Translations under genes and position numbers: made by a program
Assembly: GCA_017503885.1 (NCBI GenBank)
Contig: JAFVSF010000204.1
Span: 1 to 30,553 of the forward strand
DNA: 30,553 bases
From: Clostridia bacterium
GTDB lineage: Bacteria; Bacillota; Clostridia; Christensenellales; Borkfalkiaceae
Direction of reading: 5' to 3'
In this document: positions 16,111 to 24,153 of the stretch, in pieces
Layout of the letters: every line of letters begins with the position of its first letter
Position numbering within the stretch: position 1 is the stretch's first letter
Notes under the pieces: model-generated
What the model was told of the DNA's origin: nothing
Databases searched by the model: none
Seen by the model: the letters and a program-made list of their open reading frames with translations, nothing else

Positions 16111-16901
16111 TATAAACCTCCATTTATACTGCTAAGTACAGACATTTTAGTAGGTACAAGTATTGGCATAACTACATCGTATTTACCAATAACTCTGCTA
16201 ACGTTAAATTCCTTTGGAAATACGTGACCTGCTTCTACAAGTTTATCGTATTTTTCCTGGTTACTAATACCTACATAATCAATACCTTTACTTATACAAA
16301 GTCCATTTAAGTAATCACTCATTAGCTGTCCAGATACAAGTTTTATGCTATAAATATAACTTTGCTCTACCCACTCACGAGTGTCTTCTTGTGAAAATGC
16401 TTTTGTAATTTTGCATTTATAATTTAACCATCCGACTCTATCGCCATTTACTACAGAATCGTCCCAGTATTTATAAGTTCTATTTCCTTCGTCGTCTTCT
16501 ACATAGAATACACAGTCATCGTAGTCTAAAAATACAAGTTTACTTCCAATATATCCGTATGCAAGATAGTCCGTTCCGTTAACGCCTGTGCTACTTCTTG
16601 CAGTAATATCGTAAAATCCGTTAGGATACATCGGAGTAGAGCCGTTAGCAGTAGACATCAATGATTTTAAGTCAAACGCTTGAGTAGATAAAAACTTAGG
16701 AAAGTTTGAAAGGTCTAACCAGTAATTTTTTAAGTATCTATCTTCTTGTTCGTATCTAGTAGTAGATACTGTTAACAAAAAATACGGGTTGTTAAGTTTG
16801 CTGCTTATTACATAAGGAGAACCGTCCTTGTTTTGGACGGATTTGTCAATACTAAATGTTTCTCCTCTATGAACGTTTATTTCATTGTTAAACGTTTTCA
16901 T
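16110..16901 (-). CDS. Probable virion structural protein (fibre/baseplate adaptor-like), 263 aa
   Basis: An N-terminal I.V.RGETF......DGSPY beta-sandwich pattern. It lies between portal and fibre genes and is ATGA-coupled to the portal stop. Confidence 0.45.
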   Translation of the reverse strand: MKTFNNEINVHRGETFSIDKSVQNKDGSPYVISSKLNNPYFLLTVSTTRYEQEDRYLKNYWLDLSNFPKFLSTQAFDLKSLMSTANGSTPMYPNGFYDITARSSTGVNGTDYLAYGYIGSKLVFLDYDDCVFYVEDDEGNRTYKYWDDSVVNGDRVGWLNYKCKITKAFSQEDTREWVEQSYIYSIKLVSGQLMSDYLNGLCISKGIDYVGISNQEKYDKLVEAGHVFPKEFNVSRVIGKYDVVMPILVPTKMSVLSSINGGL

Positions 16902-18955
16902 TGAATTCCTCCTTTAACTTGTGCTCCGGAGTTTTGTGCATTACCTACGACTTCTCTGTTTTGTGCGCGGTTTTTCTCGTTGGTTTTTTCAACTTCACCT
17001 GCATGAGTTTCTCCGGATGCTTTAGGTCCGCTACCAGGTCTAGCACCACCTCTTTGCTCTCCAGATGCCTGAAGCGTTTGAATTATAAGTTGTTGCAACT
17101 GAGGATTACTCATAATCGCTTTCTCAATGTCAGGAGGCAAGTGTTGTTCATTTTCAGTAATGCCAGCAAGAACAGTTTTTGCAAGAGGATATTGGAGCGA
17201 GTCCATAATATTCCAGAAAAGTTTTAACGTTCTCGGGTCTGCTACGTTGCCCATAGCACCTTGAATAAACTTATCCTGGGTTTCTTGCCACATTTGTGCT
17301 CTGTTTTGACTTAACGTTGCTGCAGGGTCGCTGTCAAATCGTAAATCGTCACGATAGTAAACTTGACCATACTTATCTTTGTCAAGAAACATATATTTAT
17401 TCCAAGTTTCTTCCTTTTGAGAACCGTCAGGAAGTACTTTAACAAATCTACGAGGTTCGTCGCTAAATGCAAGTAAATACTTAAGTACAAGTTCATAAAG
17501 TCCTGCAAATGCTGCAGACTTCATAACTCTCAAGCTCTCAATACGTCCTGCTGTCAACGCAGCTGCAAGTTGTTTAGCTTTACCGGAAGTAGCTGTAGTA
17601 TCTCTTGCACCTTGGAAAGAGTCAGTAACGCCGGACGAAGCTTTACCGCCTTCGTATAATGTAGCAGCCATTACAAGGTCTTGGGAAGTGTCCGCTGCCA
17701 CAGCTCTACTTTGAACCATTGCCGCCTCTTCCGAACTTCTTACGCCAAGAACTTTAATTGTGTCGTCCGTATCGCTAATTTTAACTTTTTCCGGTTTAGT
17801 TAAAATTGTACCGGACTTCATAGTTTTTTCAAGAGCTTTACTTAATAATTTGTTAATTGCGTCTTGTGACTCCAATGTAACTTTAACTTCACTCGTACCG
17901 TAAATATTGTCAAGTGAACTTATAGCAGGACGAGGAATAAAAGGAAGTTGAGTAATTTTATAAAAAGGTATTTTAGTACCTGCAGTTAAAAATACTCTGC
18001 TCTTATAATGGTCTCGTTCTTTTTCATCGTCAGTTTCACCTACGTCGTAAGGATTGTAAATCTCTTCTAAGTCACTATCAAGAATTTCTTCTGTAGCATT
18101 TTCATACTTAAACTTTTTGTTGCCGCAGTTTCTACAAGTATCACCCATAGGATTGATTGTTCCGCAAGTAGTACAAGTTCTAAGTTTACGAATTTGCCAA
18201 TACTCTTCGTTGCAAATAACTTGTCTGCTATGTGCAGCATACATAAATAAGCCTACAACTCGTTCGTCGTTTAAGTAATAGCAAGAAATAACTTCTATTA
18301 CGTTATTTGCACTTGAAGGAGTAATTCTACGTCCATACAAGTCCCAAATTCTTGTAAGTGAAATTTCCTTTCTTTCAAAAATGTATTCAAGTTGATGATA
18401 GTCGCTAACGCCAGGTTGAGGAACTACTTGGTCAACTGTACAAAGGTCAATTTTTACGTTGCCGGAACGTTCGTGAGTGTTGTCAAGAGAGTCCCACCAC
18501 ACTTTGTACCAGCTGGTACCGTCTACATACGTTGAACGTTCACTCTTATCGTTTAAGTATTTAGTAAATATACCGTCTACTTCAAACTTCAAATAATTTT
18601 CAGTTACAGAAACAAGAGGCAAATCCGTCTTGTATCTTGGTCTAATTTTAGGCATCGGGATAGAGTTATCAATTTTACTTTCAATAAGCTCGTATACCAT
18701 CTTACGTAAAGAACGACTTTTACGAGTGCTCTCTTTGCCATCTTTAGTTAATGCGTTAAGAGTTCCGTAATAAGCCTTACGCCATTTAGCCAAGTTTTCA
18801 GGATTCGCCTCTTCGGTATTCTTTTGTGCAGATAATGCAAGAGAATACAATTCTGCAAATTTGCCTACGAGTTCGTTTTCCTCTTCAGTATTAACGTACT
18901 GTTCAGCAGTATTTGACTGTAAATACAAATCTAATCTCGTCAATTTTTTCGCCAT
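16898..18955 (-). CDS. Portal protein (P22/T7-like) with an internal CxxC...CxxC insertion, 685 aa
   Basis: Directly follows TerL. It has portal-like segments (DGTSWYKVWWD, IYGTSEVKVTLESQDAINKLLSK, ASSGVTDSFQG...ATSGKAKQL) and a Gln-rich C-terminal barrel-like region. Confidence 0.8.
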   Translation of the reverse strand: MAKKLTRLDLYLQSNTAEQYVNTEEENELVGKFAELYSLALSAQKNTEEANPENLAKWRKAYYGTLNALTKDGKESTRKSRSLRKMVYELIESKIDNSIPMPKIRPRYKTDLPLVSVTENYLKFEVDGIFTKYLNDKSERSTYVDGTSWYKVWWDSLDNTHERSGNVKIDLCTVDQVVPQPGVSDYHQLEYIFERKEISLTRIWDLYGRRITPSSANNVIEVISCYYLNDERVVGLFMYAAHSRQVICNEEYWQIRKLRTCTTCGTINPMGDTCRNCGNKKFKYENATEEILDSDLEEIYNPYDVGETDDEKERDHYKSRVFLTAGTKIPFYKITQLPFIPRPAISSLDNIYGTSEVKVTLESQDAINKLLSKALEKTMKSGTILTKPEKVKISDTDDTIKVLGVRSSEEAAMVQSRAVAADTSQDLVMAATLYEGGKASSGVTDSFQGARDTTATSGKAKQLAAALTAGRIESLRVMKSAAFAGLYELVLKYLLAFSDEPRRFVKVLPDGSQKEETWNKYMFLDKDKYGQVYYRDDLRFDSDPAATLSQNRAQMWQETQDKFIQGAMGNVADPRTLKLFWNIMDSLQYPLAKTVLAGITENEQHLPPDIEKAIMSNPQLQQLIIQTLQASGEQRGGARPGSGPKASGETHAGEVEKTNEKNRAQNREVVGNAQNSGAQVKGGIQ

Positions 18956-18975
18956 TATCTTTACCTCTCGTTATT

Positions 18976-19007
18976 ATTATATTACGATTATGTTCAAAAT
19001 GTTACCT
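18976..19007 (-). promoter_or_regulatory. Candidate late promoter, copy 2: AGGTAACA-N18-TATAAT (portal operon)
   Basis: AGGTAACA at 19007-19000 includes the TerL stop codon. An 18-nt spacer follows, then TATAAT at 18981-18976, 20 nt before the portal ATG. Confidence 0.65.
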
Positions 19008-20651
19008 ACTTTTGTATCTCTTATTTTGAACGTAATCGTCAGGTGCCCACTCTAATGGAGCTCCGTATCTTTTTATGAACTCTTCTTGCTCAGCAGAATT
19101 CATTTGTTCGTAATCCTCCCACATATCCGGATACCATTTGTTAAATACAAGATAGTTCCTGTCAGGCATAGCCTCTTCACCAGTTACAAGTTTAATCAAA
19201 CGAGTCAATGCTTGTGTATCGGCGTCAACCATATCGTCGTGTTTCATAAACGGAAATTTACTATGTTGAATTACAAATTTGTCAGTCGCAGTTAATGGTT
19301 CGTTAGTGTCCCACTCTACTTCAGCATTTTCGCTTTCAGTAAAGTCATTAGGAATATGAACAACTAATGTTGCAATGAATGGCGATACCGCTTGTGCACG
19401 TGAATACTTGCCGCCCATCGGGTTAACTCCTACAATAGGAGGTACTCCGTCAGTATATCGCAATGTATCAATGATTGCGGAACCGTTTGCCTTATCTTCT
19501 ATGATGAGCTCGTCTATTCCAGGAAATTGTTCAAGGAACTTTTTAATTCGCGATACTGTGTCTACGAAACCCATACGTTTGTTTACGAGTTTATATAAGA
19601 ACACGTGATTTTGTCGAAGTCCCCAAAGTTCCATTGCGACCATGTCCGACGTTTCAGTCTTTTTGAACGTAGCGTCTATTGATAAGCAAGTATACTCAAA
19701 ATCTTCAAACCTTACGTCACGTCTACTATACAATTGCCACCAGCTCTCACGGAATAAATTACCGTTTTGTGCCGACGGGTGACCTTGATACAATGCGTTC
19801 CAAGTATATTCACCGTCACCTGCAATAACGAGTGCCTTCTTACTTTTAAGCCACTCGTTGTCGTTCCTAATCTTAGGAGGAATGTTCTTGTCGCCAAGAT
19901 GTTCACCCATCAACGCTTCACCAACTTTACGACCGAGTGGGTCGTTTTCAGCGTTCTCGCATTCGCAAGGAAGGTTAATAGTTTTCCAGATATACTCAGA
20001 CCATTTTTCCTCAATATAGCCAATTACGTCGTTTTCAACCCATCGAGTTTGTATTACAATTAACTTGCCACCGGGGTGAATACGAGACTGAACTGAAGGT
20101 CCCATTTCACCATGTATTTTTGCAAGGATTGTTTCCGACTGAGCTGCTTCTTTGTTCTTAATAGGGTCGTCAATTATGAACAATTCTGCACCGTATGATG
20201 TAATACCTGCCTTAAGACCTGCAGCACGACATCTACCGCCATCTTTTGTTTCCCATAATGCAACACCTTGTACTTGGTCGTTAGGAAGAACTCTAAATAC
20301 GTCCGTTGCATATTCGTTGAACTTGTCTCTGTTCTTACGGCTAAAACCTTCTGCAATAGTACCGTCGTACGAACAAATAATTACTGCGTCTTGAGGATGT
20401 TTGCCAAGGAACCAGGAAGGTAACGTTTCAGTTACTGTATATGATTTGCCGTGCTGAGGAGGCACCGACAAGAGAAGGATGTCCATTGCTTTGCCAGTAG
20501 GAGGCATATCGAGGAATTCTTGTATCTCTCCACATAAGTATCTATGAAATGCAGTCATACAAAAGCCTGGGTTGGCGTATTGAACATATGCTGCATAATT
20601 TTTTTGCAATTTACGTCTAAATAATTCACCGTCTAATGTATTAGCTATCAT
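19002..20651 (-). CDS. terL: Terminase large subunit, ~549 aa
   Basis: Walker A LLLSVPPQHGKS, Walker B LFIIDDPIK, coupling motif VIQTRW, and RNase-H nuclease motifs LSIDATFK and HDDMVDA. The likely start is ATG 20651 (GGAG RBS, ATGA overlap); the track start is a TTG. Confidence 0.95.
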   Translation of the reverse strand: MIANTLDGELFRRKLQKNYAAYVQYANPGFCMTAFHRYLCGEIQEFLDMPPTGKAMDILLLSVPPQHGKSYTVTETLPSWFLGKHPQDAVIICSYDGTIAEGFSRKNRDKFNEYATDVFRVLPNDQVQGVALWETKDGGRCRAAGLKAGITSYGAELFIIDDPIKNKEAAQSETILAKIHGEMGPSVQSRIHPGGKLIVIQTRWVENDVIGYIEEKWSEYIWKTINLPCECENAENDPLGRKVGEALMGEHLGDKNIPPKIRNDNEWLKSKKALVIAGDGEYTWNALYQGHPSAQNGNLFRESWWQLYSRRDVRFEDFEYTCLSIDATFKKTETSDMVAMELWGLRQNHVFLYKLVNKRMGFVDTVSRIKKFLEQFPGIDELIIEDKANGSAIIDTLRYTDGVPPIVGVNPMGGKYSRAQAVSPFIATLVVHIPNDFTESENAEVEWDTNEPLTATDKFVIQHSKFPFMKHDDMVDADTQALTRLIKLVTGEEAMPDRNYLVFNKWYPDMWEDYEQMNSAEQEEFIKRYGAPLEWAPDDYVQNKRYKSR

Positions 20652-20836
20652 TTCTTTTTCTCCGTTATCCAAGCAAGATTAAATGCAGTCAAAACTATGA
20701 CGTTTAAACAATTAAATATAAGTCCGATGTAATCAGTAACAGTAAACTTAGTAGAACATGCGAGTCCGACGCTTACGACGAATATTACTATAGTAATTAT
20801 CCAAAAGATTATGCTTATAATTTTAACTATCCTCAT
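20648..20836 (-). CDS. Small two-TM membrane protein, 62 aa
   Basis: MRIVKIISIIFWIITIVIFVVSVGL...YIGLIFNCLNVIVLTAFNLAWI, with an AAGGTG RBS before ATG 20836. Confidence 0.6.
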   Translation of the reverse strand: MRIVKIISIIFWIITIVIFVVSVGLACSTKFTVTDYIGLIFNCLNVIVLTAFNLAWITEKKK

Positions 20837-21161
20837 AGTATTTACACCTTTCCGTAAGTATTTCTGCAAAGTCCTCTACAAGTTGGTGAACAAGTTTGTC
20901 TTGCAATGCGTTGCCGCTGTCGTCCAACGAAGCGAACTTACAATGAAGAAGCTCGTGAACTAAAATATGCTCGTATTCCATTGGTAGAATGTCCCGTTCT
21001 CTATCCTTTTTAGAAATAATACGTATTTTAGCATGTTTATAAGTAAAGTTATAATAGTTCTCACCTTGAGCATCCTTATCGAAAAGCTTCTTAGGACTGC
21101 AATCATTATATACCTCTATATGCCAATCTTGTAGTCCAAGTATGTTTATCCATTTTTCCAA
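20823..21161 (-). CDS. Zincin-like (HExxH) metallopeptidase-fold protein, 112 aa
   Basis: EHILVHELLHCKF motif after a beta-rich segment. The TTG start has only a weak RBS. Confidence 0.6.
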   Translation of the reverse strand: MEKWINILGLQDWHIEVYNDCSPKKLFDKDAQGENYYNFTYKHAKIRIISKKDRERDILPMEYEHILVHELLHCKFASLDDSGNALQDKLVHQLVEDFAEILTERCKYYEDS

Positions 21162-21165
21162 TAAC

Positions 21166-21465
21166 TTATCTCTGTTTCCAATGACGTCTCTCCTTTATTT
21201 TGTCCCGTAACTTACGTATTCCTAATGTAATAGCAATACATAGCGGTAGGAACGGTGTGAACGGAGCTAACCAAAATGCCCAGCACGCAGAACCGATTGC
21301 GAACCAGTAACCATCTCCTGTTATTGCTCCGATTAAGTATGGCACCCATACCTCACAAGATACTACCAAGAATACTATTACAAATATTACTAAGTTATGC
21401 CAGTCCTTTAACTGTCTCCATATCCATTTCCAAACGGATACGATTTTATTCCATAACCATCTCAT
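21166..21465 (-). CDS. Membrane protein with ~2-3 TM segments, ~99 aa
   Basis: LVIFVIVFLVVSCEVWVPYLIG and FAIGSACWAFWLAPFTPFLPLCIAITLGI, with a basic C-terminus. The likely start is MRWLWNK at 21465. Confidence 0.6.
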   Translation of the reverse strand: MRWLWNKIVSVWKWIWRQLKDWHNLVIFVIVFLVVSCEVWVPYLIGAITGDGYWFAIGSACWAFWLAPFTPFLPLCIAITLGIRKLRDKIKERRHWKQR

Positions 21466-21469
21466 TTGC

Positions 21470-21547
21470 TTACCACAATAATGCAAAGCAATCTACGAAT
21501 AATATCGCAGCACTTGCAAGCACTATCTTAATCGCCAGTCGTTTCAT
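21470..21547 (-). CDS. Possible 25-aa hydrophobic micropeptide (MKRLAIKIVLASAAILFVDCFALLW)
   Basis: Read by hand. It fills the gap between terS and the next gene and has a single hydrophobic helix, but its RBS is weak. Confidence 0.35.
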   Translation of the reverse strand: MKRLAIKIVLASAAILFVDCFALLW

Positions 21548-22046
21548 TATCGCTCGGTTCTACAAGAGGAAGTGAAGCCGAAGGCTCCTGCGCCTCGGAC
21601 TGTGCAGCTTCTAACGCCTTCTTTTCTCTCATTGCCTGCAATACTTCAAGTTCCTCGTCGGTGAGTTGCTCGTAAGGATTGCTGAGTTGTGCGTCTACTT
21701 TCGTCTCGTCAACAGGTTTAGCGCCTAACGTGTCGCGGATAAATACCGCTGCTGATGTGTCAGTTCTTGCCTTAACCATTTGACAATGAAGTATCATTTC
21801 GAGCTCAGTAGGTTCACGCTCTTCACATTGCAAAGACTTAATATCTTTTGCAAGCTTATTATAAGAGTAGCTTTCTACTTGACTGTTGAACGTTTCGTTG
21901 CCGTCTTTGTCAAACGTTTGGATAGGTTTAACTGCAGGTTGCATTGCAATAGCTATGCCGACCGATTTCCATGCTTGACGAGAAAACTTTGGATCGGAAA
22001 ACAAATTTTTCATTTCCGCCCAATCTCTATGCTGTTTGTTTGCCAT
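21528..22046 (-). CDS. terS: Terminase small subunit (probable), 172 aa
   Basis: AAAAGGAG RBS. It has a KA..D..AA.FIRDT.G.KP.D...V oligomerisation pattern and a YEQLTDEEL motif typical of TerS-like proteins. It is the first gene of the late arm, upstream of TerL. Confidence 0.65.
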   Translation of the reverse strand: MANKQHRDWAEMKNLFSDPKFSRQAWKSVGIAIAMQPAVKPIQTFDKDGNETFNSQVESYSYNKLAKDIKSLQCEEREPTELEMILHCQMVKARTDTSAAVFIRDTLGAKPVDETKVDAQLSNPYEQLTDEELEVLQAMREKKALEAAQSEAQEPSASLPLVEPSDNETTGD

Positions 22047-22078
22047 ATTGTTGTCTCCTTTTATAAGTATTCATTAGT

Positions 22079-22110
22079 ATTATATTCCGGTTTGATTAAA
22101 AATATTACCT
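22079..22110 (-). promoter_or_regulatory. Candidate late promoter, copy 1: AGGTAATA-N18-TATAAT (terS operon)
   Basis: AGGTAATA at 22110-22103, an 18-nt spacer, then TATAAT at 22084-22079, 32 nt before the terS ATG. Confidence 0.65.
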
Positions 22111-22339
22111 TATTTTGCCATTTACAGGAGATTTCGGCTATTCATTATATAATATATAGCGATTTTCTACGAAATTTTTAGATTTTTTGGAGGCGAATTA
22201 GTTTAAATGGCAATGTGCAGGAAAGCTTAATATAGTTCAAAATGTTTTGGATGTAATGTGTGGAAACTCAACTATACCGATTATAGGAGCGGCCCCGGGC
22301 CACCGATTTTTAATATTATTCAAAAGTATATTATTGTCA

Positions 22340-22835
22340 GGAGGAAACAACCCAGGGCCAAAGTCCCATTGAATAACGAAAACCTCGCCGGTCCTTTGTG
22401 GCCAGGAGTGGGCCTCCAAGTCCAGTCCAGCCCTCAGGAAGGCATCCAGAGTCGGCCTCACGGCCCGGAGTTTGGAAGGCTCCCATCGTACTCTGGTATC
22501 CGACGAGACGGACTTGCCCCGCGAGTGGGTGGACTTTCCGGAACAATCCCCGGCCACGTGACCAGTGAGCAATAACTGGCGTCAGCAAAGACGAATAGAA
22601 ACGTGCGAGCGCGTAGGCTACGACTGCAAAGACTGGCAGTATAACGCGCGAATGGTAGCCAAAGCGCCTAAACTGGTGGGCGCTGTGTAGTACACCATCG
22701 GTAGGCATATCAAAGCCGAGCCCGTAAAATAGAGCAGCAGGGAGGTTGACTTGTCCCTCTCTGCAAATATGAGCACCCGGATGGCAAAGGATAGGGTCCG
22801 ACTCCCTTGAGGCTCAACACCGCAATAGCGGCATA
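22340..22835 (+). ncRNA. Candidate large structured noncoding RNA (~500 nt), family unassigned
   Basis: 58% GC over 22381-22800 (243/420 by hand count), against roughly one third in the coding regions. It has nested long-range stems, hairpins and a pseudoknot, and the G-U pairs favour the plus strand. No credible RBS-led ORF is present. Confidence 0.65.
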
Positions 22836-22847
22836 AGGAGTACCATT

Positions 22848-23288
22848 ATGAAGGTATTAGTAAGAAAAAACAGCAGCACCAACACCGGCTACGAACTCGT
22901 AACCATCGACGACGCAGGCAAAGAAGTCGCAGTAGCAATCGACAAGACTTATCCAGGCGAACCGTTCACCCTTGTACTTCCAGCAAACGAAGTCAACCGC
23001 AAATACTTCAACAGCAAGAAAGTTGACGCTGCAGGCGGCTCTATTGAGCTCACTTTCAAGGAAAGCAAGACGTTAGGTCCTCGCACTGAGTCAGCTCCTC
23101 GCAAAGGCCTTGAGGAATACTTGGAAGGCGAAGACAAAGCAATGTACCTCGCACTCGTAGAGAAGGCTAAGGCAAATCGTGAAGCAGCTAACAAGAAAGC
23201 ACCTATGACTGAGTATGAAAAGCGCGTAAGAGCCGTTGAACGTGCTCAAGCTAAACTCGCAGAGCTCCAAGCTCAACAAAATGCATAA
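22848..23288 (+). CDS. Early protein, paralog family member A, 146 aa
   Basis: TAAGGAG RBS and strong codon bias. It shares both N- and C-terminal motifs with 25104-25607. Confidence 0.85.
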   Translation: MKVLVRKNSSTNTGYELVTIDDAGKEVAVAIDKTYPGEPFTLVLPANEVNRKYFNSKKVDAAGGSIELTFKESKTLGPRTESAPRKGLEEYLEGEDKAMYLALVEKAKANREAANKKAPMTEYEKRVRAVERAQAKLAELQAQQNA

Positions 23289-23305
23289 GGACGGAGGCTA
23301 ACACA

Positions 23306-23467
23306 ATGGCAAAAGAATACTGTAAATGCTGCGGCATAGAAATGCACGACGATTACGAATATGAATGTCCAGTTTGCGGCAACATCGTCTGCTCAATTTG
23401 CTTTGATGGCGAAATGTGCGACGACTGCCGTCAAGCTTTCAACGAAGGACATAGCGAACTTAACTAA
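23306..23467 (+). CDS. Small zinc-finger protein with four CxxC pairs, 53 aa (below the ORF-track cutoff)
   Basis: GGAGG RBS; MAKEYCKCCGIEMHDDYEYECPVCGNIVCSICFDGEMCDDCRQAFNEGHSELN. Confidence 0.75.
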   Translation: MAKEYCKCCGIEMHDDYEYECPVCGNIVCSICFDGEMCDDCRQAFNEGHSELN

Positions 23468-23479
23468 GGAGCACAAACT

Positions 23480-23872
23480 ATGACAAAAATAATGCAATGG
23501 ATGGCCTTGCCGGAGGAGTTGAGGCCGTCCAACTACGACTTAAAGCACATATCCTTACAAGATACGGAACTCTTGTTCAAAAAGGCTGACAAATTAGGCG
23601 TCCTTGACCAATTCGCAGAGTTGTTTTGGGACGCTATAAGCCTTGCTCGTCAAGAAAAGCCGTCTCTGCAAGAGTGCTTGAACCTGCTCGAGGAGCAAAA
23701 ACGCCTAATGGGCAGGCAATACGACAAAATGCCGTCAAACACGTTCGTTAGTAAGGCTCGTAAGCACTACGTAGCTACAAAATACAACGAAATAGAGCAC
23801 CAAATTCGCTGGATGGTCGATACGTTCAAGCTCACACGAACATCCGAGCCATATTTATTGGAGGTTAAGTAA
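23480..23872 (+). CDS. Hypothetical helical protein, 130 aa
   Basis: TAAGGAG RBS; TAATG-coupled to the next gene. Confidence 0.75.
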   Translation: MTKIMQWMALPEELRPSNYDLKHISLQDTELLFKKADKLGVLDQFAELFWDAISLARQEKPSLQECLNLLEEQKRLMGRQYDKMPSNTFVSKARKHYVATKYNEIEHQIRWMVDTFKLTRTSEPYLLEVK

Positions 23873-24090
23873 TGGAATACAGAATAAACGTTGCAAAACT
23901 TGAGCAACATCAAGGCAAAATGAAATACGTATATGTATTTTGTACTAAACAGCTCGGAATGTACAGCGCCAAACGAGCTTACGACGAGATTAAAGCTAAA
24001 TTTCCCGAGCCTGAGTATCAAGTAACGCTTGAAGTTTGGGAATACAGTGGCCGCGAGGTCGATGCAGCTGAGTATTTTGCAAAAGTTTAA
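23872..24090 (+). CDS. Hypothetical protein, 72 aa
   Basis: GGAGGT RBS and a TAATG overlap with the upstream gene. Confidence 0.75.
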   Translation: MEYRINVAKLEQHQGKMKYVYVFCTKQLGMYSAKRAYDEIKAKFPEPEYQVTLEVWEYSGREVDAAEYFAKV

Positions 24091-24153
24091 TTCGCAATAT
24101 GGCAGCTGAACCACCGCCGAGTCAATTTTAAGATAATTTTGGTCAGGCGAGAC

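Noticed and set aside
22340-22660. RNase P, group I intron, HDV/theta or hammerhead identity for the GC-rich island
   Set aside because: GAGGAAAC is not followed by the RNase P consensus and there is no matching 3' element. Group I P7 motifs, the hammerhead CUGAUGA core and the HDV L3/catalytic C are absent. It is kept as an unassigned RNA.
22237-22708. Three overlapping 105-123-aa ORFs in the GC-rich island
   Set aside because: They occur on both strands, lack RBSs, are Pro/Gly/Arg-rich and do not follow the phage codon bias. This is expected from high GC alone.
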